NCBI RefSeq assembly: GCF_009914755.1 | Contig: NC_060928.1 | Length of the DNA: 64,000 bases | Direction: 5' to 3' (one strand) | DNA from: the human T2T-CHM13v2.0 reference genome, Homo sapiens | Shown here: one piece after another, positions 39,901 through 53,328 of the stretch | Layout of the letters: each line of letters opens with the position of its first letter | How positions within the stretch are numbered: the first letter of the stretch is position 1 | Program-made: the position numbers and the translations under genes | Notes under the pieces: generated by a model | Told to the model about the DNA's origin: nothing | Databases searched by the model: none | The model's input: the letters and a program-made list of their open reading frames with translations, nothing else

Positions 39901-42900
39901 CTCATTCTGCTCACTTATAAAATAGATATAATAATATCTACCACATAGGATTATTATGAGTATTAATGAGGGAAAATGTATAAAACATCCAACACATAGT
40001 AAACCCTGTCTAAACATTTTACAAATATTATTTCCCTTTCCCTTTTCATTCTTGCGCTAGGCATTGGCCACTTATTATGTGAGCTACAGATAAAATGTCT
40101 ATTGGGCATGCTCTTCCAATTGGTAAATTATTGTTAATTCATTTTAGTAACATGACAAGAGATTAACAGATAGATAAAATATATAGATGGTGTTACAGTG
40201 GTAGGATATCTAAATAAGAAACTTATTCAATAAAGACTACTCTAACTATAGTTATAAAAGGACTGCATCCAATTTGCCCTACCATTTTCTAGATGAAGAA
40301 CCATTGTGGAACAGTAATTGATAAATCTCTAGGGGTTCCACAGCTTTGGTCACAGAGCCTTGGCCATTAGAGGCATATAATACATATTTATTTCTTCATT
40401 GATTCTAAGAAGAGGAAAGAAACAAGACATTGTGCATCTTGAATTTACATAAAAAATACATGTTTCAATTTTACTAATCAAATTATGGCAGGTCATTCAT
40501 TTTTTATTTCTCCTGTAATTTTCTAGCACATTGATCTTTATTTAGACTAACCAGAACACTTAGATACAGACTAATCAAACTGTTCATCTGAGAATCTTGA
40601 TGCACTTTATTTAATGTTAATTTTAAAATTTGAATTAAATTACCGAAGACTGAATCTGAGTATGATGAAGAAATTTATTCCATTGGTAACAATTTGCTTG
40701 ATTTTATCAAGCTACTGAATACCTTAAAACTTTCCATGCAAGTGTTAAAATACAAGTAGGTAATTTAAAAAAGTTATCAGAGGAGTTCACTATTGACAAT
40801 GAAGCTAAAACCATTTTGTCATTTACTTTTTAAAAATTAATATTTTGAGTAGTAACAAAATTGAATTTGGTGACTTCACTGACTAATATAGGTTTTTATG
40901 GTATATAATAAAAAGACATTGCTTCCAATTTTTAAAATTTATGTAAAAACATTTTAAGAAAAATTTTTACAATTTGTTCCTTCAGAGATCTAAATTAGCC
41001 TTGTGACTATTTTTCTAAGTGATAGAAAATTTGAATCTAAAAGTAGAAGCAAACAAACAAAACTTGTTGCAAACTTTTCCTATATGTTAGTAATTAATAT
41101 GTAGTTTTTTCGAACCACCTGGTTCCATGCTGACTCTTCAGTGCTTGTTCTGTTCTCAAAAATTGACATTGGATTGACTGAATAAGTACTGAGTACTTAA
41201 CTATATGTGAGTTTTGTTTCTATTTTTTTCATAAATCAAGTCATTTAAATTCACAGCAACACTGTAGGTATTTTACAGATGAGAAATCAATTGCAACTCA
41301 CTTTAAGAATAGATAAACTTGGTGTTCAAGACCTTGAGATGTCAGCACCTGCATCCCTTTTTTCTTCTTGGGGTTTTGGGGGTGATTAACTGCTTGACAT
41401 CTGTGAAGACAACTATTTCCTACTGACAAAATGGTTGACTGCTTAGAAAAAAAAACAGTTTGCTGCTGTGTTAAATTGGCCCTTCTCTTCCTTTATTTTA
41501 TTCCTATGAATTGAGAGCCACTGTAGTAATGGAGCAGCAGGGATGGCAGGATATGGGGTCATGGCCTGCCTTGTCACTAATGGCCCTGCAACTTTACTCA
41601 GCCATCAACTCTTTCCTGTTGCTCTCCCAGGAAAGCAGCAGGCCCTGGAGTCTCAGCCTGGGAGAAAGGTGCAGAATGAAGCTTCATGCTGAGGAGGAAG
41701 ATTAAGTTCTGAGTGGTGTTCATGCAGAGGGTTTAAATGGTGCCAATTTGGGATGGATTCACACTAGAAGTCTGCTAAATTCCACCTTCTCTTTTAATGA
41801 ACACTGGTGATTACCTCTGAGTGCACCCCAGAGGCTGTTTCCCTTATGTCAAATACATGTGACTCCATCAAATATATGTGACTCCATCCATTGCTATCAG
41901 TTTTATTGTGGGCTCTTCACTCTGCCTCCCAAACTCTTCGTCTCTCTGAGCCACTTGCACCACTTGTGCTTGTGGTCTCAGATTCATGCTGCAATGCTTT
42001 AAAAATGCGAGAGCAAACGAAGGTTTAAACCTGGTGGGTAGGGAAAATCACTTAAACATCTTTTGACTTAAAAGGTACTATAACAACTTAAGTCATTATT
42101 ATTCTCAAGGCCTAAAACAACCTCAATGCCACCATGCTGGGTAAAAGGCGTTCAAGTTCCCAGCATGGCTTTGCTGCCATCATTCAGTGCCACAGCCATG
42201 TGAAAAAACACCATAGATGGATGAGCTCTGTGGTGCGGTATTTCAGCCTTGCTTGCTTGATAATTGTCAGGCAGAGCTTTCCTCACTCCGTAAATAGAAA
42301 GCTGTTTATTTAAATTTTCTATAAAAAAGAGAACTGTGGGATTACCCATTGTTTCAAATCTCCCCCTGGCAAGTGAAAAACAAATGGAATCCGAATTAAG
42401 TTTTATATTATCATCACTGGAATTTGTGCAATTCTGTGTGAAAATGTTGGAAACTGATCCCCATGGATGTTTTTGGCTCTAACTGTGTTGTAAAGGAAAT
42501 AGTCAATTATTTTCTCATTAAATACAGTGTTAGATTTTTGTTCCATTTACTCTCAGAAGGTAGAGAAGCAACAGAAATGTAGTAGAGGCTCCCGGGAGAT
42601 GAATATAAGGACACAGAACTCTTGCTGTCTTCATTTATTCCATTTACAGCAATAGATTCCTCACAGACCCTTATGGTGGGAATGAAACTGGAGCTATGTT
42701 AAGAGATAAATAGTGTTTTTATGAGGAAAGGTCAAGCAATATCAAGAAGAAAAAAATCAGAAATTAATTTTTTTTACCGTATGAATCATTTTTTTAAAGA
42801 GAATTTAAGCCTGAAAAAAATGCAACAGGTGAATTATATAGAAATGGCATTTATTCATTTATTCAATGAGCATTTATCCCCACTGTGTGTCAGGCACTAG

Positions 42901-43269
42901 TTTTGATTAGAAGATTCAATCTTTGACCTTAAGGAATATTCCCTCTGAATAGATGGACTTTAAATAAATAGCAAACAATTAGCACCCTGCATCTCTCCAG
43001 CTCCCCACCCCACCTCAGGCAAGACTAAAACTAAATAAATAGAATCAGGTCTTAAGAAGCCTTAACTTCTCTACCTGCAAGTTTTCACCTCTTTGCCCTC
43101 CTGTAACCTAAACCACATAGGTATTGACTTAAAATGTGCTATAAATGTTCCATTTCAAAACGATGCAACAGAGGCTTATTGCTCTGAGTGACTTGTCTCA
43201 AGAACCCCTTCAGTCCTTCACTTTGAGAACTCCTCAATACTGCTGTTAGCTGAAAAGGTGAACATTTCT

Positions 43270-44622
43270 TTTTTTTTTCTTTTATTTTATTTTAGGGTAG
43301 GACTCTAGAATCTGCTTTTTAAACTTTTGCTGTATTTATTTTATTTTATTTATTTTATTATACTTTAACTTCTGGATACATGTGCAGAACGTGCAGGTTT
43401 GTTACATAGGTATGCACGTGCCATGGTAGTTTGCTGCACCCATCAACTCGTCATCTACATTAGGTATTTCTTCTAATGCTACCCCTCCCCTAGCTCCCCC
43501 ACCCGCAAACAGGCCCCAGTGTGTGATGTTCCCCTCCCTGGGTCCATGTGTTCTCATTGCTCGACTCCCACTTATGAGTGAGAACATGCGGTGTTTGGTT
43601 TTCTGTTCCTGTGATCTATGACAAACCTAACACGAACAAACAATGGGGAAAGGCTTCCCTATTTAATAAGTGGTGTTGGGAAAACTGGCTAGCCAGACAC
43701 AGAAAACTTACACTTGATCCCTTCCTTACACCTTATACAAAAATTAACTCAAGATGGATTAAAGACTTAAATGTAAGACCTAAAACTATACAAACCACAG
43801 AAGAAAACTTAGGCAATACCATCCAGGACAAAGGGATGGGCAAAGACTTCATGACTAAAACATGAAAAGCAATGGCAACAAAAGCCAAAATTGACAAATG
43901 GGATCTAATTAAACTAAAGAGCTTCTGCAAGCAAAAGAAACTACCGTCAGAGGGAACAGGCAACCTACAGAATGGGAGAAAATTTTTGCAATCTATCCAT
44001 CTGACAGAGGGCCAATATCCAGAATCTACAAGGAACAAATTTACGAGAAAAAACAACCCCATCAAAAAGTAGGCAAAGGATATAAACAGACACTTCTCAA
44101 AAGAAGACATTTATGCGGCCAAGAAACATGAAAATAAGCTCATCATTACTGGCCATTAGAGAAATGCAAATCAAAACCACAATGAGATACCATCTCACGC
44201 CAGTCAGATTAGTGATGATTAAAAAGTCAGGAAACAACAGATGCTGGAGAGGATGTGGAGAAATAGGAACACTTTTACACTGTTGGTGGGAGTGTAAATT
44301 AGTTCAACCATTGTGGAAGACAGTGTGGCAATTCCTCAAGGATCTAGAACCAGGAATACCATTTGACCCAGCAATCCCATTCCTGGGTATATACCCAATG
44401 GAATATAAATCATTCTACTATAAAGACACATGCACATGTATGTTTATTGCAGCACTGTTCACAATAGCAAAGACTTGGAACCAACCCAAATGCCCATCAA
44501 TGATAGACTGGATAACGAAAATGTGACACATATACACCATGGAATACGATGCAGACATAAACAAGGATGAGCTCATGTCTTTTGCAGGGACATGGATGAA
44601 GCTGGAAACCATCATTCTCAAC
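43270..44622 (-). mobile_element. L1PA7/8-like insertion with 5' inversion and putative 3' transduction
   Basis: Antisense 3' end at 43333-43613; sense ORF2 segment at 43612-44625; 17-bp TSD aaaaggtg(a/t)acatttct at 43253-43269 and 44623-44639. Confidence 0.92.
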
Positions 44623-44804
44623 AAAAGGTGTACATTTCTATCTGTGGCTAGGCTTCGACCATGTTCTACCACATAATGCTGGGTTTTGATATCTTGAAAA
44701 CTTTGGTTGACTCTCCTACTTTGTTTTGCTTGGCTCGTAATTCTAAAAAAAATATGACTTTATTCTTCACACCATCCCCTCCTTCCTGTTTTTACTTTCG
44801 TCGG

Positions 44805-45290
44805 GTTATGTTAGCATCAGCAATGCAGTTGGCTGATAGCAACAGAAAATCTACCAGTGGCTTAAAGATATGGGGTTTGTTTATTTTACACAATAAGAAG
44901 TTCTGGGGTAGGTTGCTTATGGCTAGTATGATACTTCAGTGATGCCATCAAGTACTAAGCCTTTTCCATATTTTGCTCTGTCATCCCTTCTGTGTATGTT
45001 TTTGTCCTCCAGCTTGTTGCCTCGTGGTTACGAGGTAGATGCTGCACCTCCAGACCAAACATCTGCATTCCGGTCAGAAAGTTGAGGAAGGAGGAAGAAG
45101 TTAAGGGCTATGTCAACTGAATTCATCCCCTCATTTCTATTTTTAAAAATCAGGAGATAGATTCTAGCTGTCCTAGAAGTCCCACCTAACAAACTCAAGT
45201 TTATATGTTGTTGGTCAGAACTGTGTTACATGGTCAATAAGTCAGGCTGGGACATCTGGGGATTGTGGGAGATGTTGGGTTGCCAACCAG
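44805..45290 (-). mobile_element. Old MaLR LTR (MLT1J/K/L-like)
   Basis: 'gcaacagaaaatctaccagtggcttaa...aagaagttctggggtagg...gatgctgcacctccag...ttggtcagaactgtgttacatgg'. Confidence 0.7.
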
Positions 45291-45523
45291 TGGAGAAATG
45301 GCTATGTTGTGCTCTTAAATTCATTTGCAGTATTCAAAGTTTCAGGGGCAGCCTGTAGGGCAAATCTAAAAAAAGGTTAGAGAGGGCAAATTTGAATTAG
45401 TTTAATATTTGGCCTAAAATAATGTTAGATATTTTCCCATCAAAATGGTATTTTCTTATCTGATAAAATAAGTAATTTCCAAAAAGCATTAATACTTTTT
45501 TGGGGGAAAAACTTATTGGGACT

Positions 45524-46504
45524 TATCTTAGTCAGCTCAGGCTGCTATAACAGAATACCGCAGACTAGATGGCTTTGGTCCCTTCATCTTTTTTAAACAA
45601 TTTATTTATTTTTTATTTATCTTTCATTTTACTTTAAGTTTTGTGATACATGTGCAGAATGTGCAGGTTTGTTACATAGGTATACATGGGCCATGGTGGT
45701 TTGCTGCACCTATCAACCCATCATCTAGGTTTTAGGCCCCGCATGCATTAGGTGTTTGTCCTAATGATCTTCCTCCCTTTGCCCCCATCCCCCAACAGGT
45801 CCTGGTGTGTGATGTTTCCCTCCTTGTGTCCATGTGTTCTTATTGTTCAACTCCCACTTATGAATGAGAACATGGGGAGTTTGGTTTTCTGTTCCTTTGT
45901 TAGTTTTGCTGAGAATGATGGCTTCCAGCTTTATCCATGTCCCTGCAAAGAACATGATCTCATTCTTTTTTATGACTGCATAGTATTCCATGGTGTATAA
46001 GTGCCTTAAAAAAGAGGGACTCCTCCCTAATTCATTTTATGAGTCCAGCATCATCCCAATACCAAAACCCGGCAGAGACACAACAAAAAAAGAAAACTTC
46101 AGACCAATATCTCTCATGAACATCCATGTGAAAATCTTCAATAAAATACTGGCAAATTGAATTCAGCAGCGTATGAAAAAGCTTATACACCACGATCAAG
46201 TTGGCTTCATCCCTGGGATGCAAGGCTGGTTCAACATACACAAACCAATAAACGTAATCCATTGTATGATCAGAACCAATGACAAAAACCACATGTTTAT
46301 CTCAATAGATGCAGAAAAGGCCTTCGATAAAATTCAACCTTCATCTTTTTATAAAGGCATGAATCCCATCACTGGGACAACATCCTCATGACCTCATCTA
46401 AACCTACTTACTTCCCAAAGGCCTCACTTCCAAATACAATCCCACCGGGGTTTAGTGTACCTATACATGAAATTCTGGGGGACACAAACAGGCAGCCCAT
46501 AACA
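45524..46504 (-). mobile_element. MLT1A-type solo LTR (internally deleted) split by an L1
   Basis: 'tatcttagtcagctcaggctgctataacagaatacc' and 'gggggacacaaacaggcagcccataaca'; flanks ggact/gaact. Confidence 0.8.
45594..46337 (-). mobile_element. L1PA8/10-like insertion with 5' inversion and large internal deletion
   Basis: Antisense 3' end at 45594-46005; sense RT-domain segment at about 46008-46337 (..[22 protein letters not shown]); TSD ccttcatcttttt at 45581-45593 and 46338-46350. Confidence 0.92.
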
Positions 46505-48549
46505 GAACTTAAAAAAAAAATAGCAAGTGCTCTTGAAATTAAAAGAACATAAGGAAACATTCTCCAAGCTCCATCATAGATTCCCATAGGGACCAACTAA
46601 AAATAATGGAAGATGAATGTGAGGCAAGTGAGCTTAAAAAAACCTTGAGCACCAATTCCTGTTAGATATGCCTCAATTTCTTTAAGGCTGTAGGAGTTTG
46701 GGCTGTTGTAATTTTTTAGCATATAATTTTCATAGTGCTATCAATAATGTCTTTATATGCTTCTCATAAACAAAAAATATACATTTGCTGATGAAAGAAG
46801 CTGCTAATTTCTTCAAAATAAGACAGGAATCTCAACAATTTCCTTTTAACTGTTAAGCAACAATAAATCAACAAGGCTATCTAAATTCTATTTTTTTTTC
46901 ATTATGCCAGATGCCTTAGTTATGGAAGTATTTTCTCAAAACTCAATTTGTCCTATTAAGTTTACAAATGGAAGATTTTTATAATGTGCATAGTATTTTT
47001 CTCTTCTCTTGTGTCTCAGTTTGCCTTTCTTTGGACCAAGAAAGGTGGTGCTTAAGACTCACAGAGATTACATTTGAGAGTGACATCTTCTTGGGCACTT
47101 CAATCCATCACATCAGAGAACCCAATTACCTTAGTAATCATTGACTAACTACTGATAAGAAAATCTTCAAAATGTTGTCCTTCCAAACCAAAGTCAAAGT
47201 ACAAATAAAGCTTCCAACTAACCAAAGCACCCTACAGTTTCAGTCTCCATTTGGAAAGAGATCCTTTAAAAGTCTGCTGCTCTGTTTCACTTGTTTTCAA
47301 CAGAAAGACCAATATGGGGCAACGATCACTCGTTCACTGTGACAAGGTTCTAGTGCTTATAATGACTGCCACATATTGCTGTGCTTACATGTTGTATTTC
47401 ACCCACGGTCTCCCAGAAGAGGAATTCAGAGAGTCAATCAGGTAGAGTGAGATAATCGAGATTTCTCTTCATCTAGAATAAAATAAATTCTGGGTGTCTA
47501 GGCAGAGAAGGTAGAGCAAGTCTTTCTTAGAAGACATGTATACCTACAGCCAGAAAAATGGGAATAATAGTACTGACCTCTTTTTGTGGAGATTAAACAA
47601 TCTAACCTATCTAAAGTACACAACACAGATGGCTACACTGTAATAATACTACTATCATTATTACATGGAGACCCAAAATAAAGGAGGTCAACTTTCCTCT
47701 GGTGAGGAAGGTTTCATGGAGTAGAAGACATTTGACCTGGGTCATGAAAAAGAAACAGAGGTTGTCAAAGAGGACCACAGGGAGAGGAAGAGTCCTGGAA
47801 GACAGGGAAGCATGTGCAGAGGCCCAGTAGTTCAGTATGGCTGATGCTAAGTCTGTGTCTGGGGTGTGGAAAAGACAGAAGTTGAAAATGAGATTAGGAG
47901 GTGGATTAAGATGGCTGAAAATGAGGTTGCGGTGTGGACCTATGTAGTGAGCCTCACAGCATGCAAAGGAGTTTGGACCTTGAAATCCTGTACATAAAGA
48001 TGAAGCTATGAGTCCATCTAAATAGAAACCACATGATCCAAATTGTGTTTCTGAAAGCTCACTATGGAACCATAAAAAAAAATGAATTGGAATGGTGTGA
48101 GTCTGGAAGAAACCTTAAACTAACATTTATTCATTACTTATATAAGTTCTAGGCACTAGAAAATATGTGTTAAGAAATTATCTTTCATTTCAAAGGTCTG
48201 GAACCTATCTGAGGAGGTATAATATAATGTGTAGATATAGCACAGTTTGATAAGTGTTTTCCTGTAGTTTGACCAGAGTACATAAGGACACCAGGGAAAG
48301 GACAATTAATTCTGCTAGGAAGGTGAGAGTGGGTGTGGGGATTAGGGAGAATTTCCAGGGGAAGTGGCATATTAGCTCCATAATCACATCACATGTTCAT
48401 GGACTAGTACATGTCAAGAGTGGTATGAGATAGTGTGTGATGGAAGAAGAACACGTAAAAAGAAAAATTGAAAGTTTGAATGTCATATGAATTAACATTG
48501 GTCCTTAGTAGGGAGTAGGGAACTATCAAAGATTTCTATAATATGAGAA

Positions 48550-48812
48550 AAGCATTATAGATATGAAGAAAATCTTGGGCTTTTGAGACCGATAGTCTTG
48601 GGTTCAAATCCCCATGTAGTCATTTGCAAAGTATGTGACCCTTGCAAGTCTTGAATCTTTTCTAAGCCTTGGCTTCCTTATGGGGATTATGGGGATGATA
48701 ATAGGACCTACTCTGTCTTACAGAGTTTAGTGAGGATTAAATGAATAAACACGTGGAAAGTACTTGGAATGATGCCTGGGAGGTACTTAATGCTAAATAA
48801 ATAGTTGCTAAA
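48550..48812 (+). mobile_element. MIR SINE
   Basis: 'tgggttcaaatccc...tgtgacccttgcaagtc...gtgaggattaaatga...atgcctgg'. Confidence 0.85.
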
Positions 48813-49071
48813 TAAAGAATGCTAAAAAAAATAGCTTTTTTTTTTTTTGGTCTGTATTGTTAAAACAGATGGTGAGGCCATGACTGGAGATACAAAACTG
48901 GAGAAACTATAAAATGAATTAGGTTTTGGACATGTTACATATACACTGCATGGAGACAGCCCGATGGAGGGATCCAGGAGGTGGAGACCAAGGGGCAGAT
49001 GGAAACACAGATCTAGAGATGAGTAGAGAGATCTGGGCTGAAATACACATTTTGAAATGATATAAACAGAT

Positions 49072-49292
49072 CAGGGATTGAGAAACATTTTCTGTAAAGG
49101 GCCGGATAGTAAATACATTAGGCTTTGGGGACAACATAGTATCTGTCTCAACTACTTAATTGCTATCTTAATGCCATAGCAGTCATAGACAAAACCTAAA
49201 TGCTTGGGTGTGGCTGTGTTCCAATAAAACTTTATTTATAAAAACAGGCTGCTGGCTAGATTGGTCCATGGGTTGTAGATGGCTAACCCCTG
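49072..49292 (+). mobile_element. MER58A hAT-Charlie MITE, full length
   Basis: 'cagggattgagaaacattttctgtaaagggccggatagtaaata...ggctgtgttccaataaaactttattta...aacccctg'; flanks aaacagat/ttacagat. Confidence 0.92.
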
Positions 49293-51434
49293 TTACAGAT
49301 GGTAATGATAAGAGAGGATGAGCTTGTACAGGGATAGAAATTAAAATGAATTGGAGAAGGCTGAGACTGGAGCATGGGGGAACATTCAGAGTGGATGTGC
49401 AGAGAAGGCAAATTAAGTCATGGTTGAGTATGGGCTATCTTGGTTATAGGCCTTGTTAGTGTCTTCCTGATAGCGCTAGGATTTGCTGGACAAGACACTG
49501 AAACTACAAATTCATGCCTTATTCCATTAATCTTAAGGGAAGGTCCGTCAAGAGATGGCAAAGAAAGTATAAGTGATGTTAATATTTTAACAAGGCAGCC
49601 AGCATGCACACTTTATAAGATTTAACCTCTCATGTCCTGAACAAACTTTCTTTTCTTATTCCTCACCTTTTGGTCTTACATCTCATATTTCTTCCTCCTC
49701 CCTCCTCTTCCAAGCTTGCGTCTTCTGCTCTCTGGCTCCCTGCCTTGATGTGCCCACCACAATACCAGGCGGGCAAGATGATAATCATCGAGCCAGCTAT
49801 TATGAGCAGTATAAACAAATGACAAATCTCTGGGTGCAGGAAAGGTAACAAGAGGCTGATCAGTAGTTCTAGTTATCTTTCCTTCATGTTTATTGCAGTC
49901 TGGTGCAGTTATTTCTAAGGGCCTGACATTGATCGACAGCTTCTATTAAGGCCTATCCAGGGCAGCTGGATTGAACAGATACATTAAATAAAGCAGTTAT
50001 TGCTTTTCATTGCCTTTCTGTAAAATATCACTGCTAAATAGCTTCTGCCATCAGATGCAGTTAGGTACATGGTTTTAATTTGAGGGACTGCTTTATAACA
50101 CTGCACAATTGACACTGGCCTTTGTTTCCCCTACAATAATGATTGTGTACATCCTGGAGAATTGATGGGCTGTCCTTTGAGGTGGAGTTGGGAGGAGGCG
50201 AGGAGGAGGGAGCTCTGGCTTTGTTGTTCTCCCTCTCTTTTTATACATGCCAGGTTTGTCACTTGTTTGCAGCACTGGCAGGAACAATGTCAAGCGAGGG
50301 CCCTTATCTCAGGATGTTGTAATGTAGGGACTGTAAGCCTTTGCCTGGAAATGAGATAAGCGCAACCTTACAAGCATGGAGGAAGACAGGGGATGGGGGA
50401 GTGGTGGGTGCGTGATTGAGACAACAATGGAAAGCTGTCAGGTTCCTGTTACAGCTCTTTCTGGTGCTACAGAAATATATGCATGTGGAATGGTGCATAA
50501 CAAGCATGAAAATAAAAGTCTGGAATGTTCATCTAATAATGATGTATTTGGAGCAGGATTATGCTGCCCAATGATATTCTTGTTTTATCTCTGGGCTAAA
50601 TGCTGGGGCAGCTGTGTGCTTTGGCACAGTCTTCTGTCCCTCCTTTTGTGTGCTGCATATTAATCCTTTATTGAAGTAATTAAATGTGTGCTTAATGGCA
50701 ATGAGCTGGCAGAATGAACATACAATTGAATTAACAGTTATGATTGGGAGCATGCTACAAGATGAACTAAATGCAATTACTGTAGGCATTTCTTTCTCCA
50801 AGTCGAATCTGGCTACATGACATGACTTAATTAGAGCTTGTTAGATACACTTACTCCCTGATCCTCTAGTGTGCTGCCTGGATTTTAGTTAGTGCTCCCA
50901 CCAACCCCCATATTTGCCCCTTGCCCCACCTAGACTCAGCCTCTGCTGAGCAGAGACTCCTGATTTCAGCTCTTCTGCCATGAAGATAAAGTTTGGCTTT
51001 TCATAGACAAAACAGGAGCCAATAGCGACATCTTCAGCAGGATTTTCCCTCTGTAGAATCTCTGGTGATCACTGGTCCAGCTGTTTGTCCAGATGAGTGA
51101 TAGCCAGAGCCATTGCAGAACCTAGAATGCTTTGTAAACCCAGGAAGGCAGGTGCCCTGATATCAACAACAGAGCTTGACTTTTTAACAGAGAATGAACT
51201 TTTTAGCTTTCAGTCACGTAAGAGACTTCTGGGTGGAGGATTACCTTTTATTTCAGAGGCCTCTAGGTGAGGAGACCTGAACAAATTGTTAAACTCTTGA
51301 AGGGAATACCTAGGCAAGCACCAAATGTTTGTAAAACATTGCTCCATGGAGAGCTCTAAGTAAGAAGACATGACTAATATGTTGTACCATGGTTACTTAA
51401 AGCTTTTGTAGCTGCTCCTAAATATTAGTTAAAT

Positions 51435-51600
51435 TAATGGCTCTTAATTCTGGCTGCACATGAGAATTCCCTGGAGTACTTTAAAAATACTGGTGGCCAA
51501 GCCCCACCCCCAGAGATTTAATTGTTTAGGGTGGGTCAAGATCTTGCTAGTTTCTAAAAGCTCCCAAGTGATTCTACTTATACCAAAGACTGACCTGCAC
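51435..51600. mobile_element. MER5A/MER5A1 MITE
   Basis: 'ctggctgcacatgagaattccctggagtactttaaaaatactg...ccccacccccagagatt...aaaagctcccaagtgattcta'. Confidence 0.8.
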
Positions 51601-52878
51601 TAACTTAGCTGGAATAACTTTAACAAATTTTTAAACTTGGTTTCCCACCTTTTATTTTTGCAGTGCTTCTTGGCACTCTGCAATATTTTTTTGGAGGGGT
51701 GGAGAACTTGACTCACAGGGACATGAGTAATGGTGGCTGTCAGCAGATCATAATGGGGTAATAGATAGTGGTTACCCTAATCTGATATACAAAGCTATGG
51801 CTTCTTCTCATTCCTATGTTGATCCTGGGACTACTTTGGAAATGCCATGCTAGGATTTATAATTCCATCAATTACTGACCTCCCAGATCTGTCCAACAAG
51901 CAAGGGCTCTCATTAGTCATGCCCCCCTGTTTTGCTTAGAGTTATTTACCAAGAGGCCAATCAATATTCTATGAGCAGACAGTTGAGATGAGAAGGCCTC
52001 ATCAATCCATTCCATTTTCTTTTTTCAAAATGGTAGTTGGAAGCACGAGGGACAACTCACTACAAAATAGAGGGCACAATCCATTGTCACTTTTGAAAAC
52101 CTAAAATGTACATTTTGTTTTATTTTTATTTGAGCACAATAAGTCAGGACTTCTGGTCAGTGGGACCTCCTGGGTCTATTTTACAGCCTTCATTCTCTTT
52201 CTCAGGGCCATAAATGAAACCCTTTCAGCCCTAATGACCACAATGACTTTCCTCGATCACGTTATTGCTACTTTGGCACATTTATTGCTTTCACATGCAC
52301 TAATGGATGAGTTTGGATATGTTAACAATTTATATATCATTTGATCCTAAAAAAGAAGCCCTACCAAACTAACTTAGCCCCCACGATTGAGTAGCTTTTA
52401 AGGAGTATAAATGAATTTAATGCTTTAGAAAGAGCTTCTGTAAATTATGAACATGACACCTATTACATTAAGCTGCATTAAGCATTAATACATCTTCATT
52501 ACTGGCAGGTTGCCCAAACCTCCAAGGTTGAAAAAGCTGCCTGAAAATGTTCAATGTGACAGTCACCTAGGCTGAGATTGATGGTTCCTTTTTTGGGGGT
52601 GTGAGGGATGCCTATTGACTAGGTCTGTCTTCCGCTTCCAGACAAAGAAATGGAAGTGGTGTCAACTAGAGTTCCTCAAAGGCTGAGTTTTAATGGCTAG
52701 GCCAGAACTTCTGTATCCTCAGCATGCTGCTCAGTTACCATTACTGGAGGAGGCCCCTGAGTAGGGAGATGTAAGGTGTTCCATCCTTTTAAATTAAAAG
52801 CTCAGGAGTAGGGACATATTGTTTCTTTCTGGGAGAGTTATATTAATTTCTGTTATAATTTATGGTATAAAATTTTAA

Positions 52879-53325
<447 letters not shown>

Positions 53326-53328
53326 TAC

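Larger units (their letters stand above)
47680..49420 (-). mobile_element. L2 fragments interleaved with MIR and MER58A
   Basis: 'ggaaggtttcatggagtagaagacatttgacctggg', 'gcaaaggagtttggac' and 'gtagagagatctgggctgaaatacacattttg'; several pieces, edges approximate. Confidence 0.6.

Noticed and set aside
42132-42168. 10-bp inverted repeat ccatgctggg/cccagcatgg
   Set aside because: About one or two such stems are expected by chance in 64 kb; no supporting context
42358-42375. CTCF-like 'ttgccagggggaga' on the minus strand
   Set aside because: Partial match only; lacks key core positions
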